NCBI GenBank assembly: GCA_021847925.1 | Contig: JAJZNI010000164.1 | Span: 1 to 60,884 of the forward strand | DNA from: a bacterium | GTDB taxonomy: Bacteria > Chloroflexota > Dormibacteria > Aeolococcales > Aeolococcaceae | Length of the DNA: 60,884 nt | Direction: 5' to 3' | Shown: positions 38,323-48,676 of the stretch, in pieces | How the letters are laid out: each line of letters begins with the position of its first letter | Position numbering within the stretch: position 1 is the stretch's first letter | Notes under the pieces: model-generated | What the model was told of the DNA's origin: nothing | Seen by the model: only the letters and a program-made list of their open reading frames with translations | The model's database searches: none | Translations under genes and position numbers: made by a program

Positions 38323-39310
38323 GGGCAAGCTGCAGCTCTCGTTCGCGTGTGGCCGGTACGACCGAATGGCACCCATCCAGTCGGGTGAGGTTGCGCCCGA
38401 GGGCATTCGCCTGGTGACCATGATCCTGTCGCCCGCCGACACGTTCTTGCGCGTGGCTCGCGGTGCGGAGTTTGACATAGCGGAGATGTCGCTCTCGGGA
38501 CACATCCTCCACACCGCGCGCGGGGACGGTCAGTATGTGGGGCTTCCTGTCTTCACGTCGCGGACCTTTCGGCACGACGGAGTGATCGTCCGCAGGGAGA
38601 TCGAGGATCTGGACCAGCTCGTGGGCAGGCGGGTGGCGGTTCCCGAGTACCACATGACGGCGGCGCTCTTCATGCGCGGCCTGCTGGCCGACGATCGGGG
38701 GTTCGACCATCGCAGCGTCACCTGGGTGCAGGCAGGGCAGTATGCCCGCGGCCGCGTCGAGCGCGAGCGGCTCACCCTGCCGCCCGATGTGCGCGTCGAA
38801 CGGGTGGCGGATCGCACCATCGATGAGATGCTCGACGCGAACGAGGTGCAGGCCGCTCTCACCCCCTACCGGTCGGCGCTCTTCGACCGCCCGGACGCGC
38901 CCATACGCACGTACTATGCCGACCCCAGGGCGGCGGCCGAGGACTGGTACCGGCGGACCGGTGTTTTCCCCATCATGCACCTGGTGGTCGTGCGCAGGTC
39001 CATCGTGGAGCGGCATCCCTGGGTCGCCGCCAACCTCGTCCGCGCGTTCACCGTGGCCAAGGATCTGTGCCTGGAGCGCATGGAGGGCATCGGTGGCCAT
39101 CCCCCGGTGGCGCTCCCCTTCTTCCTGGATCAGATCGCCCAGGCCAGGGCCCTCTTCGGTGGAGATCTCTGGCCCTACGGCGTGGATCCGAACCGTGCGA
39201 CGCTGGAACGCGCCTGCCACTACTCCCTGGACCAGGGTCTCAGCGACCGCCTGGTGAGCGTGGAGGAGCTGTTCGCACCCGAGGTCGTGGCGCCGCCCTA
39301 CGTGGACTGA
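38309..39310 (+). CDS. NMT1/THI5-like PBP-fold protein resembling 4,5-dihydroxyphthalate decarboxylase
   Basis: KLQLSFACGRYDRMAPIQSGEV...FDIAEMSLSGHILHTARGDGQYVGLPVFTSRTFRHDGVIV...VAVPEYHMTAALFMRGLL resembles PhtD-type sequences from memory. ATG after ggagggagg. Confidence 0.65.
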   Translation: MEVSEGKLQLSFACGRYDRMAPIQSGEVAPEGIRLVTMILSPADTFLRVARGAEFDIAEMSLSGHILHTARGDGQYVGLPVFTSRTFRHDGVIVRREIEDLDQLVGRRVAVPEYHMTAALFMRGLLADDRGFDHRSVTWVQAGQYARGRVERERLTLPPDVRVERVADRTIDEMLDANEVQAALTPYRSALFDRPDAPIRTYYADPRAAAEDWYRRTGVFPIMHLVVVRRSIVERHPWVAANLVRAFTVAKDLCLERMEGIGGHPPVALPFFLDQIAQARALFGGDLWPYGVDPNRATLERACHYSLDQGLSDRLVSVEELFAPEVVAPPYVD

Positions 39311-39549
39311 CCAGAGCGTCGAGCGTGGATCGGTGCAGCGGTGGTCGCCCGGAGCGCAAGGCGGACGCCCGTTCCATCCAGGGAAGGTGAGCGGGCGCCG
39401 AGTCTCCCGTGAGCGGATCTCGAGCCTGGCTCTCGGTCGCCTGCCCAACCACGCTCCCTGCGGGCTGGCTCCAGCAGCCGCCACCGAGACGCCCGCCGAT
39501 TGGCGACCATGGTAGCCGTGCCGGCCGTCCGGAGAACCGAGGAGGTAAC

Positions 39550-40485
39550 GTGGTCCAGCTGCGCATCTTCACCGAGCCCCACGTGGGTGCGACGTACGAC
39601 GAGATCCTCGCCGCGGCGCGCGCCACCGAGCAGGGCGGCTTCGACGGCTTCTTCCGATCCGATCACTACCTGTGGTTCGGAGAGGGCGGCGAGCCGGGAC
39701 CGACCGACGCCTGGGCCACCCTTGCCGGCCTCGCTCGCGAGACCCAGCGCATCCGCCTGGGCACCCTGCTCACCGCGGCCACCTTCCGCCTCCCCGGCCC
39801 CCTGGCGATCACCGTGGCGCAGGTCGATGCGATGAGCGGCGGGAGGGTCGAGCTCGGCCTGGGAGCCGCGTGGTTCGAGGCGGAGCACAGCGCCTACGGC
39901 ATCCCGTTCCCGCCGCTGCGCGAGCGCTTCGACCGGCTCGAGGAGCAGCTTCAGGTCATCCGCGGACTGTGGGAGACGCCCGCGGGCGAGCGCTTCTCCT
40001 TCTCCGGACGCCACTACCGCCTGGTGGATTCTCCGGCCCTGCCCAAGCCGGCGCAGTCACCGCGGCCGCCCATCATCGTCGGCGGCCGCGGCGCCGTCCG
40101 CACCCCTGCCCTCGCCGCGCGCCATGCGGACGAGTACAACGTGCCGTTCGCCTCGGTCGACACCTGCACGCGCCAGTACCGCCGCCTCGGCAACGCCTGC
40201 GACAGAGTGGGACGCGACCCCTCCGCCCTCGTCCACTCCGCGGCCGTCACCGTGTGCTGCGGCCGGGACCGCGAGGAGGTGCGGCGCCGCGCCGCGGTCG
40301 TCGGGCTGGACGGCTCGGACCCCGAGCGCGGCGCGATCGTGGGGTCGCCAGACGAGGTCCTCACCGCGCTCGCCGCGTATCGCGACGCGGGAGCCTCGCG
40401 GCTCTACCTCCAGCTCATCGATCTGCGCGACATCGCCCACGTCGAGCTCCTCGCCCAGGAGGTTCTGCCTCACGCCGGCACGTGA
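39550..40485 (+). CDS. LLM-class F420-dependent oxidoreductase (Rv1855c-like)
   Basis: Part of ORF 39409..40485. GTG at 39550 follows ggagg. VQLRIFTEPHVGATYDEIL...FFRSDHY...LGTLLTAATFRLPGPLAITVAQVDAMSGGRVELGLGAAWFEAEH. Confidence 0.85.
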   Translation: MVQLRIFTEPHVGATYDEILAAARATEQGGFDGFFRSDHYLWFGEGGEPGPTDAWATLAGLARETQRIRLGTLLTAATFRLPGPLAITVAQVDAMSGGRVELGLGAAWFEAEHSAYGIPFPPLRERFDRLEEQLQVIRGLWETPAGERFSFSGRHYRLVDSPALPKPAQSPRPPIIVGGRGAVRTPALAARHADEYNVPFASVDTCTRQYRRLGNACDRVGRDPSALVHSAAVTVCCGRDREEVRRRAAVVGLDGSDPERGAIVGSPDEVLTALAAYRDAGASRLYLQLIDLRDIAHVELLAQEVLPHAGT

Positions 40486-40819
40486 GCGCCCCAGCGGGGG
40501 CGCGCGCGCGGTCTCAGCCGGGCTGTCCGGGCCGCCCCCCCACGCCCGGGACGGGCACGCCGCGGCTCGGGGCGCGCTCGAGGCGTCCATCCCCGTGATG
40601 CCGCGAGCACGTCGAATGCTGTCGACAGCGCAGTCAGGCGCGGAGGCTGCGTGGCGCGGCCGCCCGCGTGCCCGTTCGCATGACAGTCCAGACAGTCGTC
40701 GTGACTGCGCCATCCGGGCCCCCCGGGCTCCGGTCGGACCCGTGGCGCATGTGCTAGCGTCGGTCCGCCGATCGGACCTCGGCAGCGATGCCCGCCGCGG
40801 GGCGAGCTGAGGGCAACCC

Positions 40820-41287
40820 ATGAGCGATCTGCCGCCGGGCATGGGCCCGCAGCCGGGAGGGCGGGGTGGCCCTCCGGAACAGCCGCCCGCACCGGGCGGC
40901 GCCGCGCATCCTGCGTACCCGCCACCAGCCACACCGGGATACCCGCCACCCCACCCGCCCGTCCAGCCGCCCGGATACCCGCCCGCGTACCCGTACCCCC
41001 CGGCGCCACCCGGTTACGGCTTCATGCCGGTGGCGCGTCCGGGAAACGGGATGGCGGTGGCCGGGTTCGTGTTTGGCCTCCTCAGCGTCATCCTCAGCTT
41101 CCTGGGGCTCGTCACCCTGGTGGAGATCATCCTGGCGATCGTCTTCAGCTCCTCCGGCATCGGCCGGGCCAACCGCGGAGCTGCGCACCGCGGCCTGGCC
41201 ATCGCGGGTCTCCTCCTCGGCATCGTCGGCGCCGTCTTCTACCTCCTCTTCGGGCTGATCTCCCTGGGCGCCGGCTGGCTCGTCTGA
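40820..41287 (+). CDS. DUF4190-like membrane protein with Pro/Tyr-rich N-terminal region
   Basis: Proline-rich repeats (PPGYPPAYPYPPAPPGYG) followed by two TM helices (AVAGFVFGLLSVILSFLGL..., IAGLLLGIVGAVFYLLF). Confidence 0.7.
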   Translation: MSDLPPGMGPQPGGRGGPPEQPPAPGGAAHPAYPPPATPGYPPPHPPVQPPGYPPAYPYPPAPPGYGFMPVARPGNGMAVAGFVFGLLSVILSFLGLVTLVEIILAIVFSSSGIGRANRGAAHRGLAIAGLLLGIVGAVFYLLFGLISLGAGWLV

Positions 41288-41489
41288 AAGCCTCCCCGCA
41301 CAGCCAGCGCGCGGCACCCGCCACGGCAGGTGCGGCGCAGCAATCGGCGGGCGGGCGCCCAAGGCTCCGCTGTGGCCCCCGGGTCACAGCACGGCCCCGG
41401 AGCCATGACGTCCCCGCCGCCGGACAGTCGGGGGGACAGCATGGGGGTGCCGATGCCCGACAGTGTCCGCTGTTGACGTGCCGAGCCCG

Positions 41490-43997
41490 ATGGTCCGCAC
41501 ACCGCACGATCAGCCGTTGCGATTGGGGGTGCTGGCCCCGCTGATCGCCGGGGCCTACATGACCCGGGTCATGGCCGGGGCGGTGCGCGTGGCCGCGGCC
41601 GCGGGCGCGCGCGTCATCGCCATCCAGACCCTGGACCCGGGGACGTGGGGAACGGAGATCACGGCGCCGCCTCGCGAGCCGGGAGGCGGCGCCAACGCCG
41701 TGCCCGCGGAGCCGGTCAACGCCGAGGCCGCGGTTCCCCGCTACGCGCTGCGGACGGCCTGGGACCGGGTCGCCGGGTTCCTCGTCATGCTCAGCGCGGT
41801 CGAGCCCGCGCACCTGCGCGCCCTGCGCGACGCGGGCATGCCGGTGGTGCTCGTCAGCGAGGACGCGGAGGGGTTCACCGGCCCCGTGGTGCGCGCCGAC
41901 AACCGCGTCGGCGTCACCGAGGCGGTCTCGCACCTTGTCCAGCATGGCCATCGCCGGATCGCCTTCGCCGGCAGCCTGCGTCAGGCCGACATCCGGGACC
42001 GCCTGGATGCCTACCGGGACGCCCTCGCCGCCCACGGCATCGAGCCCGACCCCGGCCTCCTCTTCCCGGCGACGGACAACCTGGAGGCGGGCGGCGAGAT
42101 CGCGGCCCGGAGGATGCTCGCCGCCGGGCTGCCCTCGACGGCCGTGGTCGCCGCCACCGACTACAACGCCCTCGGGATCATGAGCGTCCTCACCGAGGCG
42201 GGTCTCTCCCTCCCCCACGACCAGGCGATCGTCGGCTTCGACGACGTCGAGGCGGCGGCCGCCGTGCGTCCCACCCTCTCCACCGTCCACCAGGGCCCGG
42301 AGGCGATCGGAGCCACCGCGGCGCGCCTGCTTCTCGAGCTGGTGCGCGGCGAGGCGGTGGCGGACGGCAGCCACCTGGTCCCCACCCGCTTCGTGGTGCG
42401 CGAGTCCTGCGGCTGCACCCCGGAGGCGAGCGTGGACATGGTTCCGGACCCCGACCCCGGCGCTCCCTCCGCGCCGCGCGAGCTGCTGCGGCACCGCCTC
42501 GAGCGCCTGCTGATCTCAGGGGAACCGGCGACCGCGGTCCAGGGGGCCGCCCTCGATCGCGCGGCGGAGCTGCTCGCCCGGAGCGCGGGCACGGCAGACG
42601 CCAGCCCGGACCACGGCACCCGGGACCTCCCCGAGGCGGCGGCGCTGCTCTGCGAGGTGAGCCCCCGCTGGACCACCGTGGCCACCGCGATCGCCTGCCT
42701 GCGCCGCTACGGGGACGAGATCTCGCGCCCGGCCGGCGGCGACCACGACCGCGTCGAGTTCGAGCGCATGGTGAGCCGGTTCACCATGGAGCTCAGCCGG
42801 GCCATGGCTCAGCAGGAGGCCACCACCCGGACGGCCCTCCAGGTCGCCATGGACCAGGAGCACGACGTGGACAGCTCGCTGATCCGCGGCAGCACCGGCG
42901 ACCCGCGACTCCTCGGGTGGCTCTGGTACACGCCGGTCCGCGCCGCCTGCCTCGGCCTCTGGCCCGTGGACGGCGCGGGCGCCAGGATGGACCGGGCCTC
43001 CCTGGAGATCGCCGGCACGTACGCCAGGGAGGGGGAGCCCCCCCGCATGCCCGCGCGCTGCCGGGTCGAGGCGTTCCCGCCGGTGGAGCTCGTGGACGCC
43101 GGCGCCGGCAGCGACGGCGGCGAGATCGTCGTGGTCCTCCCCACCATGACGACGAGCAGCGACCTGGGGCTCCTGGCCATGATCACCCGCGTCGAGGCCA
43201 CGGCGGTGGCGGGACGCGACCGGCTCTTCGACAAGGGCGCTCTCCTCGGGATCGCGATCGAACGCGAGCTGATGAACGAGAGGCTGCGCCGCGTCAGCGC
43301 CGACCTCACGACCTTCAGCCAGGCCATGGCCCACGAGCTGCGCAACCCGGTGGCGACCATCTCCATGTGGGCCGCCGTGGCGCGCTCCCGCGCGGGGGTC
43401 GGTGAGGAGTGCGAGCCGCTGCTGCGCATCGTCGACGAGATCCGGCGCGTGGCGGGATACGCCGGCGACCTGGTCGGGGACCTGCTCCGGTACACCGAGG
43501 TGGACGCCGCCGCGGCGCCCCGCGTGCCCGTCGACCTCAACCTGGCCGCGGGACGCGCCCTGGCGACGCTCGACCCCCTGATCACCCGGCACCGCGCGGT
43601 GGTCGAGACGCGACCGCTCCCGACCGTCACCGGGACCTTCAGCGACCTGGAGCTGGTGCTGCGCACCCTCATCGAGAACGCGATCCAGCACGGTGGCGCC
43701 GCGCGGCCACGGGTGCGGGTGGACGCCGCCCTCGACGGCGGCCACTGGACCGTCCGCTGCCGGGACAATGGCCGCGGCATCGCCCCCGAGCTCCGGGAGA
43801 CAATCTTCGAGCCCTTCGCCCGCGGGGCCGCCGTCGCGCCGGGCAGCGGCCTCGGCCTCGCCACCTGCCGCCGCATCGTCCGGGGACTCGGCGGCCGGAT
43901 CTGGGTCGAGGCCAGCCGGAGGAGTGGAGCGACGTTCGCCTTCACCCTGCCTGCGGCACCGGAGGGGACGGCCGGCCCCGCCCGCGAACCGCGCTGA
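41490..43997 (+). CDS. Cytoplasmic sensor histidine kinase with N-terminal LacI-type (PBP1) ligand-binding domain, no HTH, no TM
   Basis: ORF 41463..43997. LacI effector-domain pattern (VVRADNRVGVTEAVSHLVQHGHRRIAFAG...YNALGIMSVL...IVGFDD). A middle GAF-like region. HisKA FSQAMAHELRNPVATI. HATPase NAIQHG...DNGRGI...GSGLGLATC. The start is set by analogy with the paralogue (MVRTPHDQPLRLGVL). Confidence 0.8.
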   Translation: MVRTPHDQPLRLGVLAPLIAGAYMTRVMAGAVRVAAAAGARVIAIQTLDPGTWGTEITAPPREPGGGANAVPAEPVNAEAAVPRYALRTAWDRVAGFLVMLSAVEPAHLRALRDAGMPVVLVSEDAEGFTGPVVRADNRVGVTEAVSHLVQHGHRRIAFAGSLRQADIRDRLDAYRDALAAHGIEPDPGLLFPATDNLEAGGEIAARRMLAAGLPSTAVVAATDYNALGIMSVLTEAGLSLPHDQAIVGFDDVEAAAAVRPTLSTVHQGPEAIGATAARLLLELVRGEAVADGSHLVPTRFVVRESCGCTPEASVDMVPDPDPGAPSAPRELLRHRLERLLISGEPATAVQGAALDRAAELLARSAGTADASPDHGTRDLPEAAALLCEVSPRWTTVATAIACLRRYGDEISRPAGGDHDRVEFERMVSRFTMELSRAMAQQEATTRTALQVAMDQEHDVDSSLIRGSTGDPRLLGWLWYTPVRAACLGLWPVDGAGARMDRASLEIAGTYAREGEPPRMPARCRVEAFPPVELVDAGAGSDGGEIVVVLPTMTTSSDLGLLAMITRVEATAVAGRDRLFDKGALLGIAIERELMNERLRRVSADLTTFSQAMAHELRNPVATISMWAAVARSRAGVGEECEPLLRIVDEIRRVAGYAGDLVGDLLRYTEVDAAAAPRVPVDLNLAAGRALATLDPLITRHRAVVETRPLPTVTGTFSDLELVLRTLIENAIQHGGAARPRVRVDAALDGGHWTVRCRDNGRGIAPELRETIFEPFARGAAVAPGSGLGLATCRRIVRGLGGRIWVEASRRSGATFAFTLPAAPEGTAGPAREPR

Positions 43998-46678
43998 TGG
44001 GCGGCCGGGATCGGGGGCACGACCTGAGGCTCGGGGTGCTGACCCCGCTCATCGCCGGCGCCTACGCGAACCAGATCCTCGACGGAATCGCCACGGCGGC
44101 CGGCACGGCCGGAGCCCGGGTGGTCGCCGTCCAGACGCTGGACCCCTGGGGGTGGGGCATGGAGGCGAGGGCCCTGCGCTCGACCCTCGACGTGACCGCG
44201 GCGGGCGAGCGGGTTCACCACCCACCGGTCATCGACTCCATCGCCCCGGACTTCGACCTCCGGCTCGCCTGGAGCTGGGTGGACGGGTTCCTGGTGGTCC
44301 TGGGAGCCGTCCCCGCCGCCTATCTGCGGGCGCTGCAGCAATCGGGCAAGCCGGTGGTCCTGGTGAGCGACGAGGTCGAGGGCGTGCTGTGCCCCGTGGT
44401 GCGTGCCGACAACCGGACCGGGATCCTCGAGGCCGTCTCGCACCTCGTGAGCCACGGCCACCGCCGCATCGGCTTCGCCGGCAGCCTGCACCAGGCCGAC
44501 ATCCGCGACCGGCTGGCGGCGTACCGGGAGGCGCTCGCGACACACGGCATCGAGACCGACGAGCGCCTGGTCTTCGCGGCCGGCGACAACCTCGAGGGCG
44601 GTGGTGAGGCAGCCGGCCGGCGCATCCTCGACGCCGGGGTGCCGACCACGGCGGTGGTCTGCGCGAACGACTTCAACGCGATCGGCGTGGCCCGGGTGCT
44701 GCGCGACGCGGGCCTGCGGCTCCCCGAAGACCAGGCGATCACGGGCTTCGACGACATCGACGTCGCCTCCTCGGTGCACCCCGCCCTGACCACCGTCCGG
44801 CAGAGCCCGTCCGAGATCGGCCGGGTGGCCGCCGGCCTCATGCTGCGGATGCTGAGGGGTGATGAGGTGGCCCCGGAGCGGCACGTGGTCCCGGCGCTCC
44901 TCATCCGAAGGGAATCATGCGGCTGCAGCCCCGAGGCCGCCCTTGCGGGCCTGAGCCTCCCCCTGGACAGCCGCGCCGCCACCCCGCGGGAGCGCCTCCG
45001 CAGCCGCCTGGAGCGCCTGCTGGTGCGCACCGGGTCGCCGACCGACCGCGAGTCCGAGGCGCTGGAGCGCGCCACACAGCTGATCCAGGAGATCCTGGAT
45101 CGCCCGGAACAGGAGAGGGCGCCGAGCTGGATGCCCCGGCAGGCCGCCGCGGCGCTCTGCGCGGTGGACCCACGGCAGGCGACCATCACCGCGGCGGCGG
45201 CCTGCGTGAGGCGGTACTGGGAGGAGCTCGGCGAGCCGCGGCGCGGCGACGGCGAGCGGGCTCACCTCGAACGGTCGGTGGCGGAGCTGACCGCGGAGCT
45301 CGCCCGTGCGGTGGCCCTCCGGGAGGCGCAGGCGCGTGCCGAGCTGGAGCTGGCCATGGACAGCGAGCACGATCTGACGAGCTCGCTGTTCCGCGCAAGC
45401 AGCGGTGACCCGAGGACCCTCGCCTGGCTGGAGCACACGCGGGCGCGGGGCGGGTGCCTGGGCCTCTGGCCCTCCGACGGCGACGCCGGGGCACCCAGCG
45501 CCGGAGCCGGGGGTGGCGCCGCGGGCGATCCGGTCCGCGGGCGGGCCCACCGGGTCGCGAGCCAGCGGGTGCTCACCGTCGCGGGATGCTGGATGCGGGA
45601 CGGCGGAGCTCCGCCCGCCCTCCCCGCGCGCGTGTCTGCCGAGGACTTCCCGCCAGAGAGCTTCCTCGCATCCGTGGAGGCGGAGCCGGGCGTGATCACG
45701 GCCCTCCTGCGCACCACCGGCCCCGGGGGCGACCTCGGCGTCCTGGCCCTCGCCGGGCGGGTCGGCGCCACCCGGGCGACCGGGCCCGACCGCGTCTTCG
45801 ACAAGGGGGCCCTGCTCGGCGCCGCGATCGAGCGCGAGGTGACCCTCGAGAGGCTGCGGCGGTCCAACGACGACCTCGGCACCTTCAGCCAGGCGATGGC
45901 TCACGACCTGCGCAACCCCCTGGCGACCATCTCCATGTGGGCGTCGCTCGCGGCCTCGCGCGCCGGCCCCACCGACCCCGCCCAGCCGGTCCTCGACATC
46001 GTCGAGCGGATCCGGGAGGTCGCCGGTTACGCCGGCGAGCTGGTGGGCGACCTGCTCCGCTACGCGGAGCTGGAGCGTCGCCCGACGGCCCCGGAACGGG
46101 TGGACCTCAATCTCGCGGCCGGGCGGGCGCTCTCCACCCTGGAGGCGCAGGTCGCAGAGCAGGGCGCGCTGGTGGAGACGGGGGACCTCCCCACGGTGAT
46201 GGGCAGCTTCTCGGGCCTCGAGCTGATCCTCCAGAACCTCATCTCCAACGCCATCAGGCACCGGGGTGAGCGCCCTCCCCGAATCCGGGTCGACGCGGTT
46301 CGCGACGGCCCGGCGTGGAGAGTTCGCTGCCGGGACAACGGCGCGGGCATCCCCGACGAGGTGCGCGCGCGGGTCTTCGAGCCCTTCGTCCGCGGCAGCG
46401 GCTCCGTCCCGGGAAGCGGCCTGGGGCTCGCCACCTGCCGCCGGATCGTGCAGGCCCACGGGGGGCGGATCTGGGTCGAGGAGAGCGGCGCCGGGGGCAC
46501 GACCATGAGCTTCACCCTCCCCGTCGCCCGCGAGGCACACGCCCGCAGCGGCGGGGGGAGCCCGGCGAGACGTGCGCTCAGGCCCTCGACCGGCGCGGCT
46601 CCACACCCGGGCCGCCGGCCGCGGGCGGCTCACGACGACACCCCGTCGCGACCCGGCCGCGCTCCGACCCCGCGATGA
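43997..46678 (+). CDS. Paralogous LacI-PBP-domain sensor histidine kinase
   Basis: Part of ORF 43409..46678. The ATG overlaps the upstream stop (TGATG). Same architecture: VVRADNRTGILEAVSHLVSHGHRRIGFAG, FSQAMAHDLRNPLATI, NAIRHRG...DNGAGI...GSGLGLATC. Confidence 0.8.
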   Translation: MGGRDRGHDLRLGVLTPLIAGAYANQILDGIATAAGTAGARVVAVQTLDPWGWGMEARALRSTLDVTAAGERVHHPPVIDSIAPDFDLRLAWSWVDGFLVVLGAVPAAYLRALQQSGKPVVLVSDEVEGVLCPVVRADNRTGILEAVSHLVSHGHRRIGFAGSLHQADIRDRLAAYREALATHGIETDERLVFAAGDNLEGGGEAAGRRILDAGVPTTAVVCANDFNAIGVARVLRDAGLRLPEDQAITGFDDIDVASSVHPALTTVRQSPSEIGRVAAGLMLRMLRGDEVAPERHVVPALLIRRESCGCSPEAALAGLSLPLDSRAATPRERLRSRLERLLVRTGSPTDRESEALERATQLIQEILDRPEQERAPSWMPRQAAAALCAVDPRQATITAAAACVRRYWEELGEPRRGDGERAHLERSVAELTAELARAVALREAQARAELELAMDSEHDLTSSLFRASSGDPRTLAWLEHTRARGGCLGLWPSDGDAGAPSAGAGGGAAGDPVRGRAHRVASQRVLTVAGCWMRDGGAPPALPARVSAEDFPPESFLASVEAEPGVITALLRTTGPGGDLGVLALAGRVGATRATGPDRVFDKGALLGAAIEREVTLERLRRSNDDLGTFSQAMAHDLRNPLATISMWASLAASRAGPTDPAQPVLDIVERIREVAGYAGELVGDLLRYAELERRPTAPERVDLNLAAGRALSTLEAQVAEQGALVETGDLPTVMGSFSGLELILQNLISNAIRHRGERPPRIRVDAVRDGPAWRVRCRDNGAGIPDEVRARVFEPFVRGSGSVPGSGLGLATCRRIVQAHGGRIWVEESGAGGTTMSFTLPVAREAHARSGGGSPARRALRPSTGAAPHPGRRPRAAHDDTPSRPGRAPTPR

Positions 46679-46733
46679 GGTGGCGCGAACCGGGTTGAGG
46701 AGCGGCTCGCGGCCCGCTCGCCGGGGCGGCCTC

Positions 46734-47672
46734 CTACGCGTGGTGCGCGAAGAGCTCGATCGCCGCGGGTCCCAGCAGGATCAGGAAGATGCAGGGGAAG
46801 ATGCAGCCCATCATCGGGAAGAGCATCAGGACCGGGGCCCGGTGCCCGGCCTCCTCCGCCCGCTGCCGGCGCAGCCGGCGCAGCTCCTCGGACTGGATGC
46901 GCAGCACACTCGCCACGCTCACACCGAGCGGCTCGGCCTGGACCATGGCTCGGACGAAGCTGGAGAGCTCCTCCACCCCGTTGCGCTCGGCCATCGCCAT
47001 GAGGGCCTCGCCGCGTGGCCGCCCCAGGCGGATCTCGTTGAGGGCTTTCTGGAACTCCTGGGCGAGCAGGCTGGTGTCGTACTCGCTGACGCGCATCATG
47101 GCCATGTCCAGGGAGAGGCCGGCCTCCATGCAGACGGTGAGGAGGTCGAGCACCCCGGGAAGCGCGAGCAGCACCAGCTTCTTGCGCTTCTTGGCCTTGC
47201 GCTCCAGGGCGAGCGTCGGGTACATGTAGCCGGCGACCACGCCGATCCCGGGGATCAGGAAGTTCATGGGTGGCTTCACGCTGCCCGAGGCGAGCAGCGC
47301 CAGACCGAAGCCGATGACGCCGAACACGACCGGGAGGACGAGCCGGAGCGCGAGCACCGACTCCGGCCGCTGGCGCGACCCCGCGTGTCCGACCAGCGCT
47401 CGCAGGTGCTGGAGCTGGCCCTCCTTGGTCCGCTTGGCGACCATGCTGCCGAGGGCGCCCAGGATGGGGAGGACGATCCGTTCGAAGGCCGGCTGGGTGA
47501 ACTCGCCGGTCAGCAGATCGATGTCATAGCCGCCCGTGTCCGGAAGGCTGGCCAGGCGCTGCTCCAGGAGGCTCGTGGCCTGGGTGGCGGGCATGAGCAG
47601 CCAGACCGCGAGGAACACGGCCACCACGACAGCCGCCCCGGCCACCAGCATGACGAGGGTGCCGTCGCTCAT
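46734..47672 (-). CDS. tadC: Type II secretion system F family protein (Tad pilus TadC-like)
   Basis: C-terminal 312 aa of ORF 46734..48353(-). GspF/T2SSF-domain pattern ...LPGVLDLLTVCMEAGLSLDMAM...LRLGRPRGEALMAMAER. ATGA overlap with tadB. Confidence 0.8.
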   Translation of the reverse strand: MSDGTLVMLVAGAAVVVAVFLAVWLLMPATQATSLLEQRLASLPDTGGYDIDLLTGEFTQPAFERIVLPILGALGSMVAKRTKEGQLQHLRALVGHAGSRQRPESVLALRLVLPVVFGVIGFGLALLASGSVKPPMNFLIPGIGVVAGYMYPTLALERKAKKRKKLVLLALPGVLDLLTVCMEAGLSLDMAMMRVSEYDTSLLAQEFQKALNEIRLGRPRGEALMAMAERNGVEELSSFVRAMVQAEPLGVSVASVLRIQSEELRRLRRQRAEEAGHRAPVLMLFPMMGCIFPCIFLILLGPAAIELFAHHA

Positions 47673-48649
47673 ACCTGGATGTTCACGATCTTGCGGATGA
47701 AGCCGTACCCCATCAGCACCATCAACCCGGAGGTGCCGAGCAGCACCATCCCGATGGGGTTGCTGAACATGGGCCCGAAGTAGGCCGGGGCGATCATCTC
47801 CAGGATCCCGGTCATGGCGAAGGGGAGCGCGATGAGAACCCATCCGGATGCGCGCGCCTGGCCGGTGAGCGCCTTGATCTCCCCCTTGATGCGCACGCGC
47901 TCGCGCACCGTGAACTCGATGGTGTCGAGGATCTGGGCCAGGTTGCCGCCCACCTGGCTCTGGATCTGGACGGCGATCGCCATCAGACGGAGGTCGTCGG
48001 AGTCGTTGCGCCGCACCATGCGGTTGAGAGCCTCGTTCATGGGCAGCCCGAGCTGGACCTCGCGGGTGACCCGGGCCAGCTCGCTGCCCATCGGCGCCGG
48101 CGTGTTCTTGGCGACCAGGTCGACGGCCTGGGCGAAGGTGTAGCCGGCCTTCATCGAGCTGCTGATCTGCAGGATGGTCGGTGAGAGCTGCTTCATGAAG
48201 GCCTTGGACCGCTTCGAGATGCGCTGGCGGAGGAAGAGCTGCGCCGCGACATAGCCCACCAGGAGACCGGGGAAGGTGGCGACCAGGGTGCCGAAGCGAA
48301 GCCCGGCGGCGGCCGCGACCAGAACGGCGAAGCCGCTGCTGATGATGATCCACTCCGTGGGGCGCACCCTCAGGTCCGCGCGCGCCAGCCGGTCGGCGAG
48401 CCTGTTGCCCCTGTCGGTGCGTTCGAATCTGGCTCCGACGAGCGCCTGCACGCCACGGCGCACCTGCTGCACGAGGTCACGTGGCGGGCGCTGCTGCTGC
48501 TCCTCCTGGGGTCCCAGCGGGACCAGGGCCTCCAGGTGGCGAAGGCGGCTGTGCAGCATGGAGTCCGCGCCGGGCGCGATGGCGACCAGCACGCCGACGA
48601 AGAGGGCGACGGCACCCACGCCCGCGAGGATGAGGACGGATCCGCTCAT
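47669..48649 (-). CDS. tadB: Type II secretion system F family protein (Tad pilus TadB-like)
   Basis: 326 aa. ...FMKQLSPTILQISSSMKAGYTFAQAVDLVAKN...VQLGLPMNEALNRMVRR..., N- and C-terminal TM helices. Confidence 0.8.
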   Translation of the reverse strand: MSGSVLILAGVGAVALFVGVLVAIAPGADSMLHSRLRHLEALVPLGPQEEQQQRPPRDLVQQVRRGVQALVGARFERTDRGNRLADRLARADLRVRPTEWIIISSGFAVLVAAAAGLRFGTLVATFPGLLVGYVAAQLFLRQRISKRSKAFMKQLSPTILQISSSMKAGYTFAQAVDLVAKNTPAPMGSELARVTREVQLGLPMNEALNRMVRRNDSDDLRLMAIAVQIQSQVGGNLAQILDTIEFTVRERVRIKGEIKALTGQARASGWVLIALPFAMTGILEMIAPAYFGPMFSNPIGMVLLGTSGLMVLMGYGFIRKIVNIQV

Positions 48650-48676
48650 CTCGGCTCGATCACGGCGCCGCGGCGC

